A DNA stretch of 64,000 bases from Lepidodermella squamata (Eukaryota > Animalia > Gastrotricha), in the NCBI GenBank assembly GCA_047495785.1, contig JBLDXI010000015.1, forward strand, positions 3,844,001-3,908,000, read 5' to 3'. The translations under genes and the position numbers were made by a program. The first letter of the stretch is position 1; every line of letters starts with the position of its first letter. This document shows, piece after piece, positions 43,485 to 56,800 of this stretch. Under the pieces are notes generated by a model, which searched no databases, was not told where the DNA came from, and saw only the letters and a program-made list of their open reading frames with translations.

Positions 43485-46400
43485 ATGAGCCACTTTCACG
43501 GCTCCGCAGCCCTTGCGGCGTCGATGCGCCCACTCATGCGGCATCAAATGAACGAATTCGGCAAGTACGCATTAGCTATCGGCGGCGCTGATTTAGTCCT
43601 ACGTTGGCAACCGCCCGCAGTGGTTAACAACGAAGAAGAGGAAGATCTCGAGGCGCCTCAGTCAATCATCGGCCGGGCTTTATCCGAAGTTCGCCGAAAG
43701 CGGTGGTACAGGCGTCTTCGCGCCTTCATCGCCATCGCAGTGAATTCTGCGTAAGTGGAATCGAAATGTCCCAAATTTGTCTTTAATGACCCTTTTAATT
43801 AAGGTGGCTTGAACGCGTGAGCATATTGATAGTTTTCGTTAATTGTGTCACGCTGACGTTTCACCGACCTTGCGCCGAGCGAGTGTCCTGCGACGCGCTG
43901 TGCATTACTTGGAAAGTCGTCGACAAGTTCTCCCTGCTGTTTTTCCTGCTCGAAATGGCGGCGCATATCATTCACAGCGGTTTTAGGGTGTACATCCGTG
44001 ATCGATGGCGCTACCTCGACATCATGATCGTTGTTTTTGGCCTGCTCGAAGAAATAATGCTGTACTTTCAGGTCAACCTAACCTCAATACGGGCTATACG
44101 AGTTTTGCGGCCAGTTAAAACTATCGAATGGATTCCAAGTTTGTATCTTCAAATTATAAACTTCGAATAATTATCTCAATATTTTTCAGGTGTTCGATTA
44201 TTGGTAGCTTTACTTTGGGACACCCTGCCGATGTTAGCTAATGTGTTTTTGTTGAGGTTGAATATTCAGAATTTTGAAGATTTGAAATGACAATATTTTA
44301 TATTTTACAGCATATTTTTCTTTGTCGTGTTCGGAATAATGGCTGTTCAACTATGGGCAGGAGTTTTGCGTCAAAGGTGCTATCACCCGTTCAATGTTTC
44401 GATGTTACCTCGCGATCTCCCTGGGTCTGCATAATTTTTCCACCTGAATGACCAACATAATTTATTATTAATTTTTAGCGTTGAAATGCTGTTGAAAAAT
44501 GCGTTCTATGTTCAACCTATTGGAGATTTTATTTGCTCGCTCGACTCAGGCCTACACAAGTGCTCGAACCTACCTGTCACCCGGTCGACCGTAACCGGGA
44601 AACTTTGCTCGTTATCTGCTGCCGATGCTATAGCTGATTGGAACATGAAACATCAGTTGATTGCTAATTCATCCCTTCTGTCTTACTACGTCAACCAAAC
44701 TTACATCCCAGCATCCTCTATTGCCATGGTTTTGACGGGGTCCTCGCCCACCCTGTCAGGGTGCATAAATTGGAACGGCGCCTACAACACATGCCGCGGC
44801 GATGAAAACTCGCCGAACCCATTTGACGGCGCGATTTCATTCGACAACGTCCTAATGGCTTGGATTTCAATCTTTCAAGTCATTACCTTAGAAGGCTGGT
44901 CGGACATAATGTACTACCTAATGGTAAAAAAAAATTAAATCCACCTTAAAACTTTGCAGAATTTTGAAATTTCTTAGGATGCGCACACAGTTTGGGTATT
45001 TCTGTACTTTGTTCCTTTAATTTTGGTAGGTTAGTTGGTAATGAAGAAAAATTGATGAGCTAGCATGATTTTTGTAGTTTGGATCTTACTTCCTGGTTAA
45101 TCTTTGCTTGGCTTGTATCACAATTCAACTCGCTCGAAGTCAGTATTTGTACTACACCCAAGCGCCTCCCCGATCGACCGATGGAGTTTCAGTATCTCGA
45201 GTTTCTTTGAAATCCTCCTTAATAAATTGGTGGTCAGCGGCTGGATTCCGGTTGTATTTCTTCGATATATACAACCGATCACGAAATTGGTTGAATCGGA
45301 ACTTTGGTCGGCGCGGTTTCAAGCTTCGAACAAGCGATGATGCTACGTCAAACGAAATACCAAGCTCGCCGGAACCTTCGCAGCTCAAACTTCGAGCCGA
45401 TTTGAAAAGTCCGGATCTAGTCAGCTACTTGAAACAGACAAAAAAGCAGGCGGTTAATCTAAACAGCCGAAGTTATTCCTTCGCTACCCTCCACGAGACG
45501 CAGCATCACAGAAATATGGCGTCATTTCGAACAGCTCGGCAGCATTTGATATCAATGTCGTCGTATTCATTCGACGCGGCGGCTCTGGTTGATTTTCAGG
45601 AGACGTCTTTGGATTCCTGTGCGAGCTTGGCCGATAGTGCTGTTCAAATTAACAACGAGCAGGAGGCTGAGGATGGAGACGCTTTCTTAGATGCTGAAAC
45701 TTCAAACACTTCCAACTTCACCGAGGCCGATGTGACGGTTCATAGAGATGCTATGGGATCCCAAAATGAAGATTCAAGGTGAGAATTTTTCCAAAAATTT
45801 CAATTTTTTATGCTAATCTATTTTAGCCGTCCCAATTTAAATCGCCAATATTCGGTAAATTATGACGATGACGTCTTTGACAGTGTTGTTTCTTCGAACG
45901 ATCAACACCGGCGTCGATTGCCGATAATACCTGGCGATGACGAAATCGAGTCTATCGATGACGATTTCAATTCAGCCGTCGACCATTTCGAGTACAACGC
46001 ACCCGATGCGGATGAGCAGCTGCCGGTGCCAAAAAATTCGCCTAGTTCCGTCCGCTCTATCAATATTTGCACGGGCTTGTGCCTGGAAGACGCGTGGGTC
46101 TTCACGTGCCGTTGTATGGCCAAGTGCCGTAATTGGATGGGCCGGCAGCTGCGCGACCCTATGAGCGACTACTTTTTTATGTACTGCATAGGCATAAATA
46201 CGCTGAGCCTGGCTATCGAACATCACGATCAGCCGAGGGCGTTGGCTATAATTATCAACGCGGTCAATGCGTTGTTTACACTCATTTTCGCACTTGAGCT
46301 GCTCGTCAAAGTCATTTGCTTTGGGCCGTCTTACTACACTAGCAATTTGTTCAACGCAACCGATGCTATCGTCGTATTTTTCACGTAAAATTTGAATTCG

Positions 46401-49400
46401 AAAATTGATTGAAATTGATTGAAAATGTAAAAAATTTGAGTCTTTGAATGACCAAATGACCAAATGAATCAGTTTTATTTTTCGTCCTCCGTAGGCATGT
46501 GATGTTAAAGAAGAAAGTAGAAAAAAGCCTTACCCGTGAGGGTTTAGGGGACGGCTGAGTCTTTTGAGTCTTTTGAGGATTTTAATTATTTTTTTTCAAA
46601 TTTCAAATTGATTGAAAACCTGGTCAGACTTTTCATCAGTGACACCTTGTCAGTAAAAAATTCATAAAATCGAATTTTAGTATTAATTTAAATAAGTAAT
46701 CCTTGAAGACAAGTGAGCAGTGACATTTCAGCAGCGACAAATGAGCAAGTGGCACTTCATCAATTTTTATTTAATAATCTCGGGCATTGAACTTGCGCTT
46801 TTTGACCTCACGTTTAATGCAACGCATAGTCTGAATACAACTGAAATTCTACTGATGAAATGTCTCCGCTGAAATGTCACTGCGCAAATGTCACGGAAAG
46901 GAAATTAATTAATTTGAAAAATATAGGATAAATGAACGAAAATCCCTGCTGACTGGTCACTGATGATTTGTCACTGCGCAAATGTCGCAGCTCAAATTTG
47001 TCACCGAGGAACGGTCACTGATGATTTGACCCTCATTTGCTGAAATGTCACTGCTGAAACTGCTTATCTTCAAAGTTTTCTCCGTAAAAGAAAGAAAATT
47101 GATTCTTTTTAGAAGGCTGAGATAACTTGGCCTTATCAAATTGCTGGCAGATTATCGAGTCCCTATTTCCTTATACATAGATCGATCTAAGGTTTGGGAC
47201 CTTTTAGGTTTCCCGAGCTTTTCACAATCCCAATTTCCCCATGTGACGTAGATCTACGTCACATGAATTTCCCTAATCCGTGATTTTTACGATATTTGAA
47301 GCCTCAGAGGCAAACATTGAAAATGAATCTGAAAGATTTAGCGATAAGATGCTCAAATTCAGAGCTGAATTAACCTCAATTTTAGTGATACGAATATTTA
47401 CACCCTCTGAATGAAATTTTTCGAACTTTGAATTGAAGCAATATATGTTTTTGTTATTAGAATAATCGACATGTTCAGCGACACAACATTCACAGTTTTC
47501 CGGGCATTTCGATTGGTTCGCCTCTTCAAGCTCATGGTATTCATACCATCACTTCGAACGACCTTGCAATCACTACTACGAGTCGTCGATTCAGCCATAA
47601 CATTCCTCATTTTCCTATTCATCTGCATGTACGTATTTGCCCTATTCGGAATTTTCCTTCTCGGCGGCCGTCTATGTGAAACCGAAACTGGCGAGCCATG
47701 CGTTTGCGGCATCCCTCCACCCGGCGCTATTCGCTGTACCTGCAATCGCAAAAATTTCGACTCATTCTTCCCAGCAATGTTGTCCGTGTTTCAAATTTTC
47801 ACGCAAGAAAGCTGGAACGAACTGTTATACGAATCAATGTCAAAAGTTTCGCCATTTGTTTCCATCTACTACATTTTACTAGTCACCGTGGGAAATTTCG
47901 TCCTACTCAACCTTTTGATTGCCATTTTGGTCTCGGGTTTCCTTGAACGAGCGATGGAACAAAACCCACAGGTCAAAGCTACGATTCTGTCGATGGATAA
48001 GGGCAAATTCACTCCTAAGCCGTTATTTTTCAAGCCGGAGAGGGAGGCAAAGGCCCATTTGTGTAGGCACCGAAAACGTTCGAAGCGACGTGCGTCAAGT
48101 CTCGTCAATTTAAACGCTGAAAAATTGATCGATCTCGGTGTATTAAGGCGGAATCGATCTATGGGTTGTCTCGCTGCATTCGAGCCTGAATTCCCACGCT
48201 TTCTACCCCAAGTTCGACTCTATGATGAAACAGCAACTAATTCCAGCGATTCGAACGCCGAATTTCTATCAGCTGCTGCTGTAAACTCGACAAAATCGTC
48301 TATTCTCACCAGTCAAAGCGATTCGAAGTTCTTGACACCGAACTTCAACTACCACCCGAATATGATTGGGTTCAATGTTGGCGAGGATTTGGCCCGAATT
48401 AGGCGATTGGTCGAGGAGGCCCGGCCGATCACGACTTCCTACCTATGCGAGCAAATATTCATAATTGCTGGGAAGCATTTCCGTCATGAAGTCGCTCGTC
48501 GAGTTGATTGGGCGTTTTTCCTACTATCACCTGATAGCAGCATCCGCCGCGTCATTCGAAATATCGTCGAGCATCGCTATTTCGATCGCGGCCTGTTCGG
48601 TTTGATAGCCGCAAATTGCATAGCAGTAGCAGTCGAGAGTCCGAATATCGATCCGGACTCGATTTTGAGGGTAGTCCTAGACACAATCAATGATTTAATG
48701 ACCATCCTATTCGTATTCGAAATGTTGCTGAAGATGATAGCATTTTGCGCACTTTTCGGCGACAAAAATGCCTACCTTAAAAGCGGCTGGAACATCCTAG
48801 ACTGCGTTCTCGCCGTAGTTTGCGTCGCTGAAATGTTGATTTCGAAGCTATTAAAGGGCACGAATACGCAAATTTTGAGTGCGTTAAGGGTGCTTCGAAT
48901 GTTAAGGGCGCTACGACCTCTCAGGGTGATCAACAGCTCGCGAAGTTTGCGCCTCATTGTCGAGACTGTTTTTTCGTCAATGTCCGAAATTGGCACAGTA
49001 TTCCTAATTTGCTTCTTCTTCTTCCTGATTTACGCTATATTCGGCGTCCAGCAATTCAGTGGATGCCTCGGAAGGTGCCGAGGTGGGAATGTTACCTTCG
49101 TTCGAACTGTAAGTCGATGAATCATTATTAAGGTTGCGTTATTTATTTCTTAATTTTAGAGAATCGAGTGTGTTGTTACTGGGAATAAGTGGTCGAACGA
49201 TTTTTACAACTACGACAACGTTTTATCAGCTCTTCAAACGCTGTTTGTCTTCGCAACTTTCGATAACTGGATGGCGATCATGTTTGCCGGGGTCGATTGT
49301 GTAGGCGTTGATCGTCAGCCGCAAGAAAATTACAATTTATGGCGAATAATTTATTTTATAACTTTCATCATATTTTGCGGATTTTTCCTTCTCAACATTT

Positions 49401-50890
49401 TCGTCGGAGTTGTTGTTTCAAATTTTCAACGAAATTTCGACAACATGCGAGCTCGAGATGCTGCGCTAGCTGCCGAAGCCGCTGCTGCGCTGATGGCCGC
49501 TGGAAAATCGAGGCGAAAATCGTCGTCGGACGCCAAGGCTGATGCAGCTGACCGAAAATTATCGGTCACCCCGAGATCGGGGAAGAATACCTCGTTTTCA
49601 ACGATGATGCAAGCACCGACGCGGAATGACTTCATCCCGGTTGTCGGGGGTGTTGGTCGCAATCCACGGCTCTCAATCAACCCTGTTTCGATTCCTGAAA
49701 TCATAGAACCGACCAGTAACAAAGCCCAAAAGTGCTGTTTTTACCTTCGTCAGCAATTTCACAACGTTTTCACCCACCCTTATTTCGGTTAGCTCAGAAA
49801 ATTTCTGAATAATACTCAAAATTGTCTCTTAAATTAAAGAAAATTCTAAAAAATATTGAATTTTTTGAAAGTAATTTAATTAAATTTTAATTTTTTTTTA
49901 AATTTAATTAAATTTAATTTAAATTTCAATTTTTTTTCCTTTCAAGACTTGGCATCTGGAATATTGATTTTGCTCAACGTTCTACTCATGGCCATTGAGC
50001 ACTACAACATGTCGAATGAATTGGAAAAGTTCGTCGCGGTCACTTCGAATGTATTCACGGCAGTTTTCACCGCTGAAATGTCCCTTCGACTCATAGCCAT
50101 GGGCTGCCGAGGCTATTTCACCGAGTATTGGAACATTTTCGACTTTGTCATCGTTATCAGCTCGCTGGCCAGCACGATTTTCGAGGAAATGAGCCGAAAT
50201 GAATTGCCGTTGAACGCGACTCTGGTCAGAGTCATGAGAATAGCGAAATTCGCGAGGGTCCTCAAAGTGTTACGGGTCGCCAACACCATGCACCGAATCA
50301 TCGATACAGTCGGGAAAAGTTTGCTTCAAGTCGGCCATTTGTCGCTCCTCATCGTTCTAGTTTTCTTCATCTACGCCGCATTGGGCGTCGAGCTGTTCGG
50401 CCGATTGGATTGGAAAAATGCGAACATGGACCGAGATTGCCAACCCGGCCAATACAAGTGCCACGTTTTAGGCGAGCACGCTAATTTCGCGCACATGGGC
50501 ATCGCTATGCTGACGTTGTTCCGCATCCTAACCGGCGACAATTGGTCCGGCATTATGAAGGACATAGTTCAGTTACCGTGCGATGCCTCGGCGAATTGCA
50601 TTCCGAATCAAACTTTTTCGCACAGCTATTTGGCTAATTTAACGGCAAGAAATGACATTGCCCGCGGTGAAAATGGCGAGCCTTTGTTTTGCTGTGTTCC
50701 AGCCTTACTGCCAGCCGCCTACTTCATTTCATTTGTCCTCATCACCACACTGTGCCTGCTTAACTTAGTTGTCGCCGTTATAATGGGCTCGCTCGAAGAT
50801 TCGTACGAGAACACGTCAGACGGCGGCGATTCACACGAGCACAAATCAGCAGTTGAAAAAACAGCAACAGCATTAGCTATACCTAAATGA
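43485..50890 (+). CDS. CACNA1G/cca-1-like: Divergent Cav3/T-type voltage-gated cation channel alpha1 (4x6TM). Exons approx. 43485-43751, 43804-44139, 44190-44256, 44311-44424, 44479-44923, 44978-45024, 45078-45778, 45827-46384, 47461-49108, 49159-49787, 49947-50890
   Basis: Pore loops TLEGW / TQESW / TFDNW / TGDNW give the EEDD filter. T-type signatures include LLLDTLPMLANV, CINWNGAYNTC...NPFDGAISFDN, NRKNFDSF, DCVGVDRQPQENYN and YAALGVELFGRL. Four S4 segments are present. Confidence 0.93.
46701..47075. mobile_element. MITE-like element in a Cav3 intron with TIRs and ~14-bp subterminal repeats
   Basis: The left end CCTTGAAGACAAG...GCAGTGACATTTCAGCA mirrors the right end TGCTGAAATGTCACTGC...CTTATCTTCAAAG. 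Internal ACTG(A/C)(T/G)NAAATGTC units repeat. This explains part of the 1.08-kb intron. Confidence 0.7.
47240..47265. repeat. Perfect 26-bp palindrome
   Basis: CATGTGACGTAGA|TCTACGTCACATG. Confidence 0.9.
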
Positions 50891-53800
50891 AATAATATGA
50901 AAATTCGCTGTCTTTGTTATCATCTATTTGCGATGACTGATTAGTTTATATCAATCAAATGTCTTTGTGCGGTGCATGTAATTCTCGGCGGGTAATTCGA
51001 TTTTCCACCTATAATTTTTGTAGTAATAATCATGCGACAAAATGTAACGAGAACACATTGAGTTCTTCTTATTAAATAATTCCACTTCAAAGATGACTAA
51101 GGTAGCGAAATAAATAAATTTTTCCATCAACGCGTGTGAATTTATTTTTATTTCTTGTTATTGTATAATGCTGAATCGATTTCAAGATTATAGCGGTGGA
51201 CAGCAGCTATATCAGGCTTCCTAAAAATATGTAAGCTTTTAGGCACGCGGCTGTGTAGAATGATTAGGGACGGTGGTAGCGAATTATGGCGGCGGAATTT
51301 GGTGTCGAACCGCTCTCGCTGCACGCTGTAAATAAAAGCCTTAATATCACGATCAATGTGACTCCATTATGACACGTACATTGCGACGCGCAATAATAGC
51401 CGATATAAATTATCTCATCAGCATATATTATTAGGCCTGTCATTTGTCAAAACTGCTGGCAGAAAAAAAATATTATTATCGAATTTTAGTTTCCACATTA
51501 GCCAGCACATCTTTTGCTACTTTATTATTAATAACAAAAATAATAATCATCACTTTTCGCAAAAATATAGGCGAGACATTGTGTGATGATGCCTGCCAGT
51601 TTTCTCGCTCATGTTTTCGAACGGAAACAAAAGCTTATATATAGGCACCTAATGTCAGCATTCGATTTGTGATACCTATTTTCGTTATACCCTGTCCGCA
51701 CTCGTTGTTGTTTAGCTTGACCAGGGCATATTTTTCATAATCGTTTAGCTTTTTTTAATTAGAACAGAACTATACAGGGATTATTTCATCTAACTAATGG
51801 TATTTGCTTAGCAAAGGTGCATTTCTCAAGTGACATGACAAGGCAGCACCGCGGGATTACTCATCGCTAGGCAGGCGCACTTAATTAATATTGCCGATAC
51901 TTTTTGGCAAATGACCTGTGCCTATTACTCATATAATAATATAAGCAGCAGCCCCTACACCGATTTAATAGCGGCTGAGTCAAATGATTTATTGTCTAGA
52001 TATAGCCCTGCGTTTTACAACCCGTTTTCCATCTCCCGCTGTCTGCCAGCACCTGTGGATGCAGATCTTGTTCGTTTTTTGCCTGCCTGCTCACACGGCG
52101 CAGATGATGCGCTACTGCGTTTTTTTGCCACAGCAACTCATCCGTGAGTATCATGATGCATCCCCAACTCGCCTCTCACATCAACAGTCAGATTTTTCGC
52201 CTTTTTCAACAACCATCGATTTCGGTGATATACACAACAAATGGCTATATCGTTATTCCCTGCTTCCCCTCCCTATCCTGCGTGAATAAAACACATAATT
52301 TCTACCTTGATAACCGTGATGAGCTTGCATTTTCACTGCGAAACTTCTCTTACCTTCAATGATTAATTTGGAAAAGTGGCTGTTATCTTTATTAAAACAT
52401 ATATTTTGCCGTGCCGCCCACCTGTTTTGCACCTCTCGAAAATAGCGAATAATGCGATGCGACGCGCATCTTGCTTCGCCCGAAGATTTTTCGCTGCTGC
52501 TTGTTACAAAATTCATCATCATCTCGAGCAATTAATATGGCAGCTACAAATATTTGTTTAGCTTTCTTTTGTACACGGATAGCCTCTATAATTGGCAGAC
52601 CAAAACATGTCCCGTTATCACAATTATTCGGGTACATATATCCATGGCAGCCCGAGTTTTTTTACGATGACATTAGCGCAAAATTATAGGCATAGCATGA
52701 CTTTTATTTGCCATGTTCATTCAGCGAAAATAGGAAAATATGGGCTATGACAAGACCAATGGTCTCAAAGTTCCACATCGATCACCACTTCGCTTTCATT
52801 TACGAGCTATTTCGTCATCAATCTTCTTTTGGGTTAAAAGGTCTTTCCTCTCGTCTAGACTGTAAAGAGTGACCTGGTAGAGACAATTTCTTAGGTTATT
52901 CTCTTCGAAGCTAGGTCGAACTCAAGGCAGGGGCCCTTTGCAATTAAGAAAGGTATTTATCTCAGGCTTAGATCATCCCACACTTGAGAAACCGATCCAT
53001 TCTCGCGATCGAGGCAATGCGCGTTAGTTAGTATCGAATTTGAAGTGCGATTGACGCAGGTCATAAGGTGTTTCCTTCGCAGTTCGCAGCCTTAAAAATC
53101 AGTACTCTTTATCCTATCGTAGCGGAAGTATTATATGCCGCGCCGGATAATGAAAGTTCCGCAGCATCGCAAATCTACTCAGCGCCGTAGATTTGCCCTG
53201 ACTTGCTTACAACGTCAGGGTGACTAGTTTTTTTTACATCAAGTTATGAGGGTGGGTACCTGTAAGGATATTTTTATAATAACCGGCATTGTTAATATAT
53301 CTTGACATTTTTCAAGCATGTCGCTTTCTTAGGCTATTTCTCTCATATCGTCTAGTGGTCATAAATTTTTCAGAGCAATAATAAAAATTACGTCTATTCA
53401 TGAGAATTATTGCGAAGACGGTGGCTTGTATAGCTTGATTGATTTCCCGTGGCCTAAGAAGCGTTTAGGACACATATACAGGTCTTTGTCGTTTCGCGTT
53501 GTGTTGTTATTATTAGCCACCGCGGCCGTCAGCGGTCGCTCGGATGGGACGAGAACATACGCCGTATAATAAAAACAATATTATTAATCTAATGAAAACT
53601 AACTGTATTTTGCATCAGTACCGGAATGGCGCGCCTTCTAAACGATGATGATGTCGCAACTGGCTGCCAGCAGCAGACCAGGTATTGTAGTATTTTTCTT
53701 GCAATAACAACAATTATATTACCGGCAGCTTCTTTGTGCTTCTTCGCTCGCCTTCATATCCGACGCTGGCCATTGAAAACAATGCAATTCAAACGCATTA

Positions 53801-56800
53801 TTATTCATTATACGCGCGCGCTTTCATCCCGCGCCCCATCACCCGCTCGGTCCGTCGACCAGCAGCACCTGACGGCGACGGCGGCGACAAGTTTTCCCCA
53901 TCAAAAAATAATTATTTCATTACGCGTCGATGACGGCGCGGCTCTACCTAATACCAAATATTATTATGTTGTTAAACGCTTCGATTGTACACAGTTTCAC
54001 TTCCTGTCACATCGGCATCCGACGCCCACGATTCATCCTACTTACTTGTGCTTTCATTATTTTAACACGTTTATTTATAAAGGCCCTCCTTAGCAATTCA
54101 CGCCCGGCTGCGGTTATTCATACACATAAGTCAATCGATGATGACTTGGTTCAAGAGGAAATACCAGAAGAATTTCTACAGCAATAATATTGTTATTATT
54201 AATGTTATTGCTACTATTATACTTTGACACGGGCTTGTTGATATTTTCATTATTATTTCATCGAACCGCGACATTATTATAACGAAAATGACACCAGCAG
54301 TCCATCAAAGGCAGCAGCAGCAAATCAAATTTGCGGCTATAATTTTTGAGGCACTATGAAAATCATATTACATCATTATATGCCAGCATCATGTCATTTG
54401 CGGCCGAGAATTTTTTTCTCTCTGAAATTTCTGGTGTATACAAACACATTACACCAAATCAGTAGCGTTGGTGGGATAATGGAATTCGCGGACATTATCG
54501 AATCATTTTTTGCCTCATCAAACCCTACTCCATATATATTTTTACGCACCTGACTTGGATTTTTTTATGTGTCATCTGTCTATATAGCACAGTATATACT
54601 TCATCGTCCCTATCTCAGAAAGTAGTGGCGCAATTTTTTTTTATCAAAATAATACATCGTAGGCTGAGCCGATAGAATAAAATTCTCGCTATCGTTCACT
54701 GCGATTTTTGAAACCATTTAAATATTTGCGCAGCCTATAAGCTTACTTGTTTATAGGTACCCGTAATACATCGATGCATGATCAACATACGGCGCTCGTC
54801 GCGAAAACTTGGCTCCGAAAATGTAATCCATTGACAATTTTTTACAGCGATACGTATAAGTGCTTGCGAACTCATCATCCTGTGCGCATCTCGCGTGACA
54901 TTTTCCGATTAAGAGAGAGACAGAGCAATGACGAATTTACTCGAACCTCGACTAATTTTTGCAAACATTTTATCTCAGCATCCGTTCTCTTTTTATTGAA
55001 AATTTGACTGAATTTTGACCCGGTTAATTTTGCGACAGAAATTTTTAGAAAGTCTTAAAAACATTGATACATTTCGCAGGCTTCGACAAGGCCTCTTATA
55101 TGGCCATTTGTAATAATTACCGGCAATTCGGCGCCTGATCGAAGGCTTTGAATCTGGCGTGAGGTCGGGCCCTAATACCGGCGGCTTACACCTGTGCGGG
55201 GCGCTTTTCGCCACACGCCAACGTGTGCCTTTTTTATACGCCGCCACCAGCGTGTGCCTGCAATCTCCAAGTCGGCCTTATAAAGTGTTTTGAAGTTACT
55301 GCTGCTGCTGTGAAGTTACCATGAAAGACTGGGGTCATGATGCCGGGCATGGTGGCCAGAAAGGCGAGCGGAGTTCCGATGCTCAAAGTGCCCTCATGCA
55401 AGTCATCTGCACTCTACTAGCTGCACAAACGAACGACACCGTATATGAATGGTAAAAAATTATCTATTTTTTTTTCTAAGAAAAAATTACGGCGTTTGAG
55501 AGAGATTTTTGAAGCTTCCTTTTTTCCCCACCTACTCACCTGGCAACAGGTGCGTTTTGCGTAAACAGGGCGTATAGCAGATGTGTGTTTGATTAATTTC
55601 TGCTCGGCAAGCCAAAAAAGTTGCAATAAATCCGGTTTATTAATACGACGGCGAAGAAACAGCAGCCAACAGATGGTTTCAACCCGCAATTTTAATCATC
55701 ACGACTCATGCTGGAGAAAAAAAACCCGGATTACTCCTCGTCTCAAGAAAACGCGTTTAATATCGCCGTCTTTACTTTTAATCAAGCCACTAAAACCTGT
55801 GCGTAACTAATAATCCTTTTGTAGGTAACGTGGTTTCGGGGGTTTTCCGCCGAAAAATTACTGCTGTCTCTCTTTCTCGACCGTTTCACGTTTCTTTTAG
55901 TGCACGCTCGATGACTTTTTTCTGCAGACTATACCATTTTTATACAGCGACCATTTCTAATAATGAGATAGCGTGTTAAGGTGTATTTACCTTCCTTATT
56001 TTTTCGGATAAGAGAGAGATATACCCCGCACCGTCTGATTTGCTAGCGACCAAGCGTGGTGAAGAACTGACCACGTGCGGCAGCAGCGAGCGGCAAACAA
56101 ATTTCATCTGTCGATACCGATAACGCAAACTGCTGGCAGCGGCCATTTGCTTCGAGCGCGTGCGATAATCGCTGCGGCGGCGGGCGGGCGGGCGAAAAAA
56201 AGCGCGGCACAACGCGTGGTGTGTTTACTTGAACTAATTGCGGGCGAAACAAGCGCGGCTTCTGTCCTCGAACACACACTTTTGTAAATATTATTATTAC
56301 CATCATCGCCGGGCCGAAGATACTCGCAGTAATTACTCGCGGTGAAGATAACACTGATAGTAAGTAGGCTGGTATTATATAGATGAGAATAATAGACAGC
56401 AACGCGGCTTGAGAGCTGCCTTAAAAGAACGACGCGGATGTAGAAGAAAAAACCGGCGGCTCTATCAGCGCGGCATAATAATAATTTTTTTCACCTGGTA
56501 TCGCGGCGGAAAAAACGCGCTGCCGCCATAAATGAAAGAACGAGTGTTATTATTTATGAAGGATAGCGGCTCCGGATTGAGGGGGCGTCGTGTACGCGCT
56601 GCCTACCCGGCCGCCCCGTTTTGCTGCTTCTTGTCATATCCATATAGTATAGGTATCTTCGGACAAAAAACTGCCAGACTGTATACATTGCATCTTCGAA
56701 CATCTGCTGCTGCTTATTTTATTCTCGATTTATGTGCGTTATCACTCTATATATAGAGAGGGACTAACGCTGCACCTTATCCGCTGATTGAGCTAAACAG

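Noticed and set aside
41113-47075. Short periodic repeats (13-14 bp) considered as CRISPR-like arrays
   Set aside because: They have no unique spacers or cas genes, sit in eukaryotic introns, and are arranged as inverted transposon arms.
43485-50890. Cav3 gene as a pseudogene, or as NALCN/Nav/CatSper
   Set aside because: The exons I traced splice in frame without stops, and the EEDD filter and T-type-specific loops identify it as Cav3.
51240-51256. TAGGCACGCGG resembling miR-124
   Set aside because: The match is partial with an imperfect seed, and no precursor hairpin is evident.
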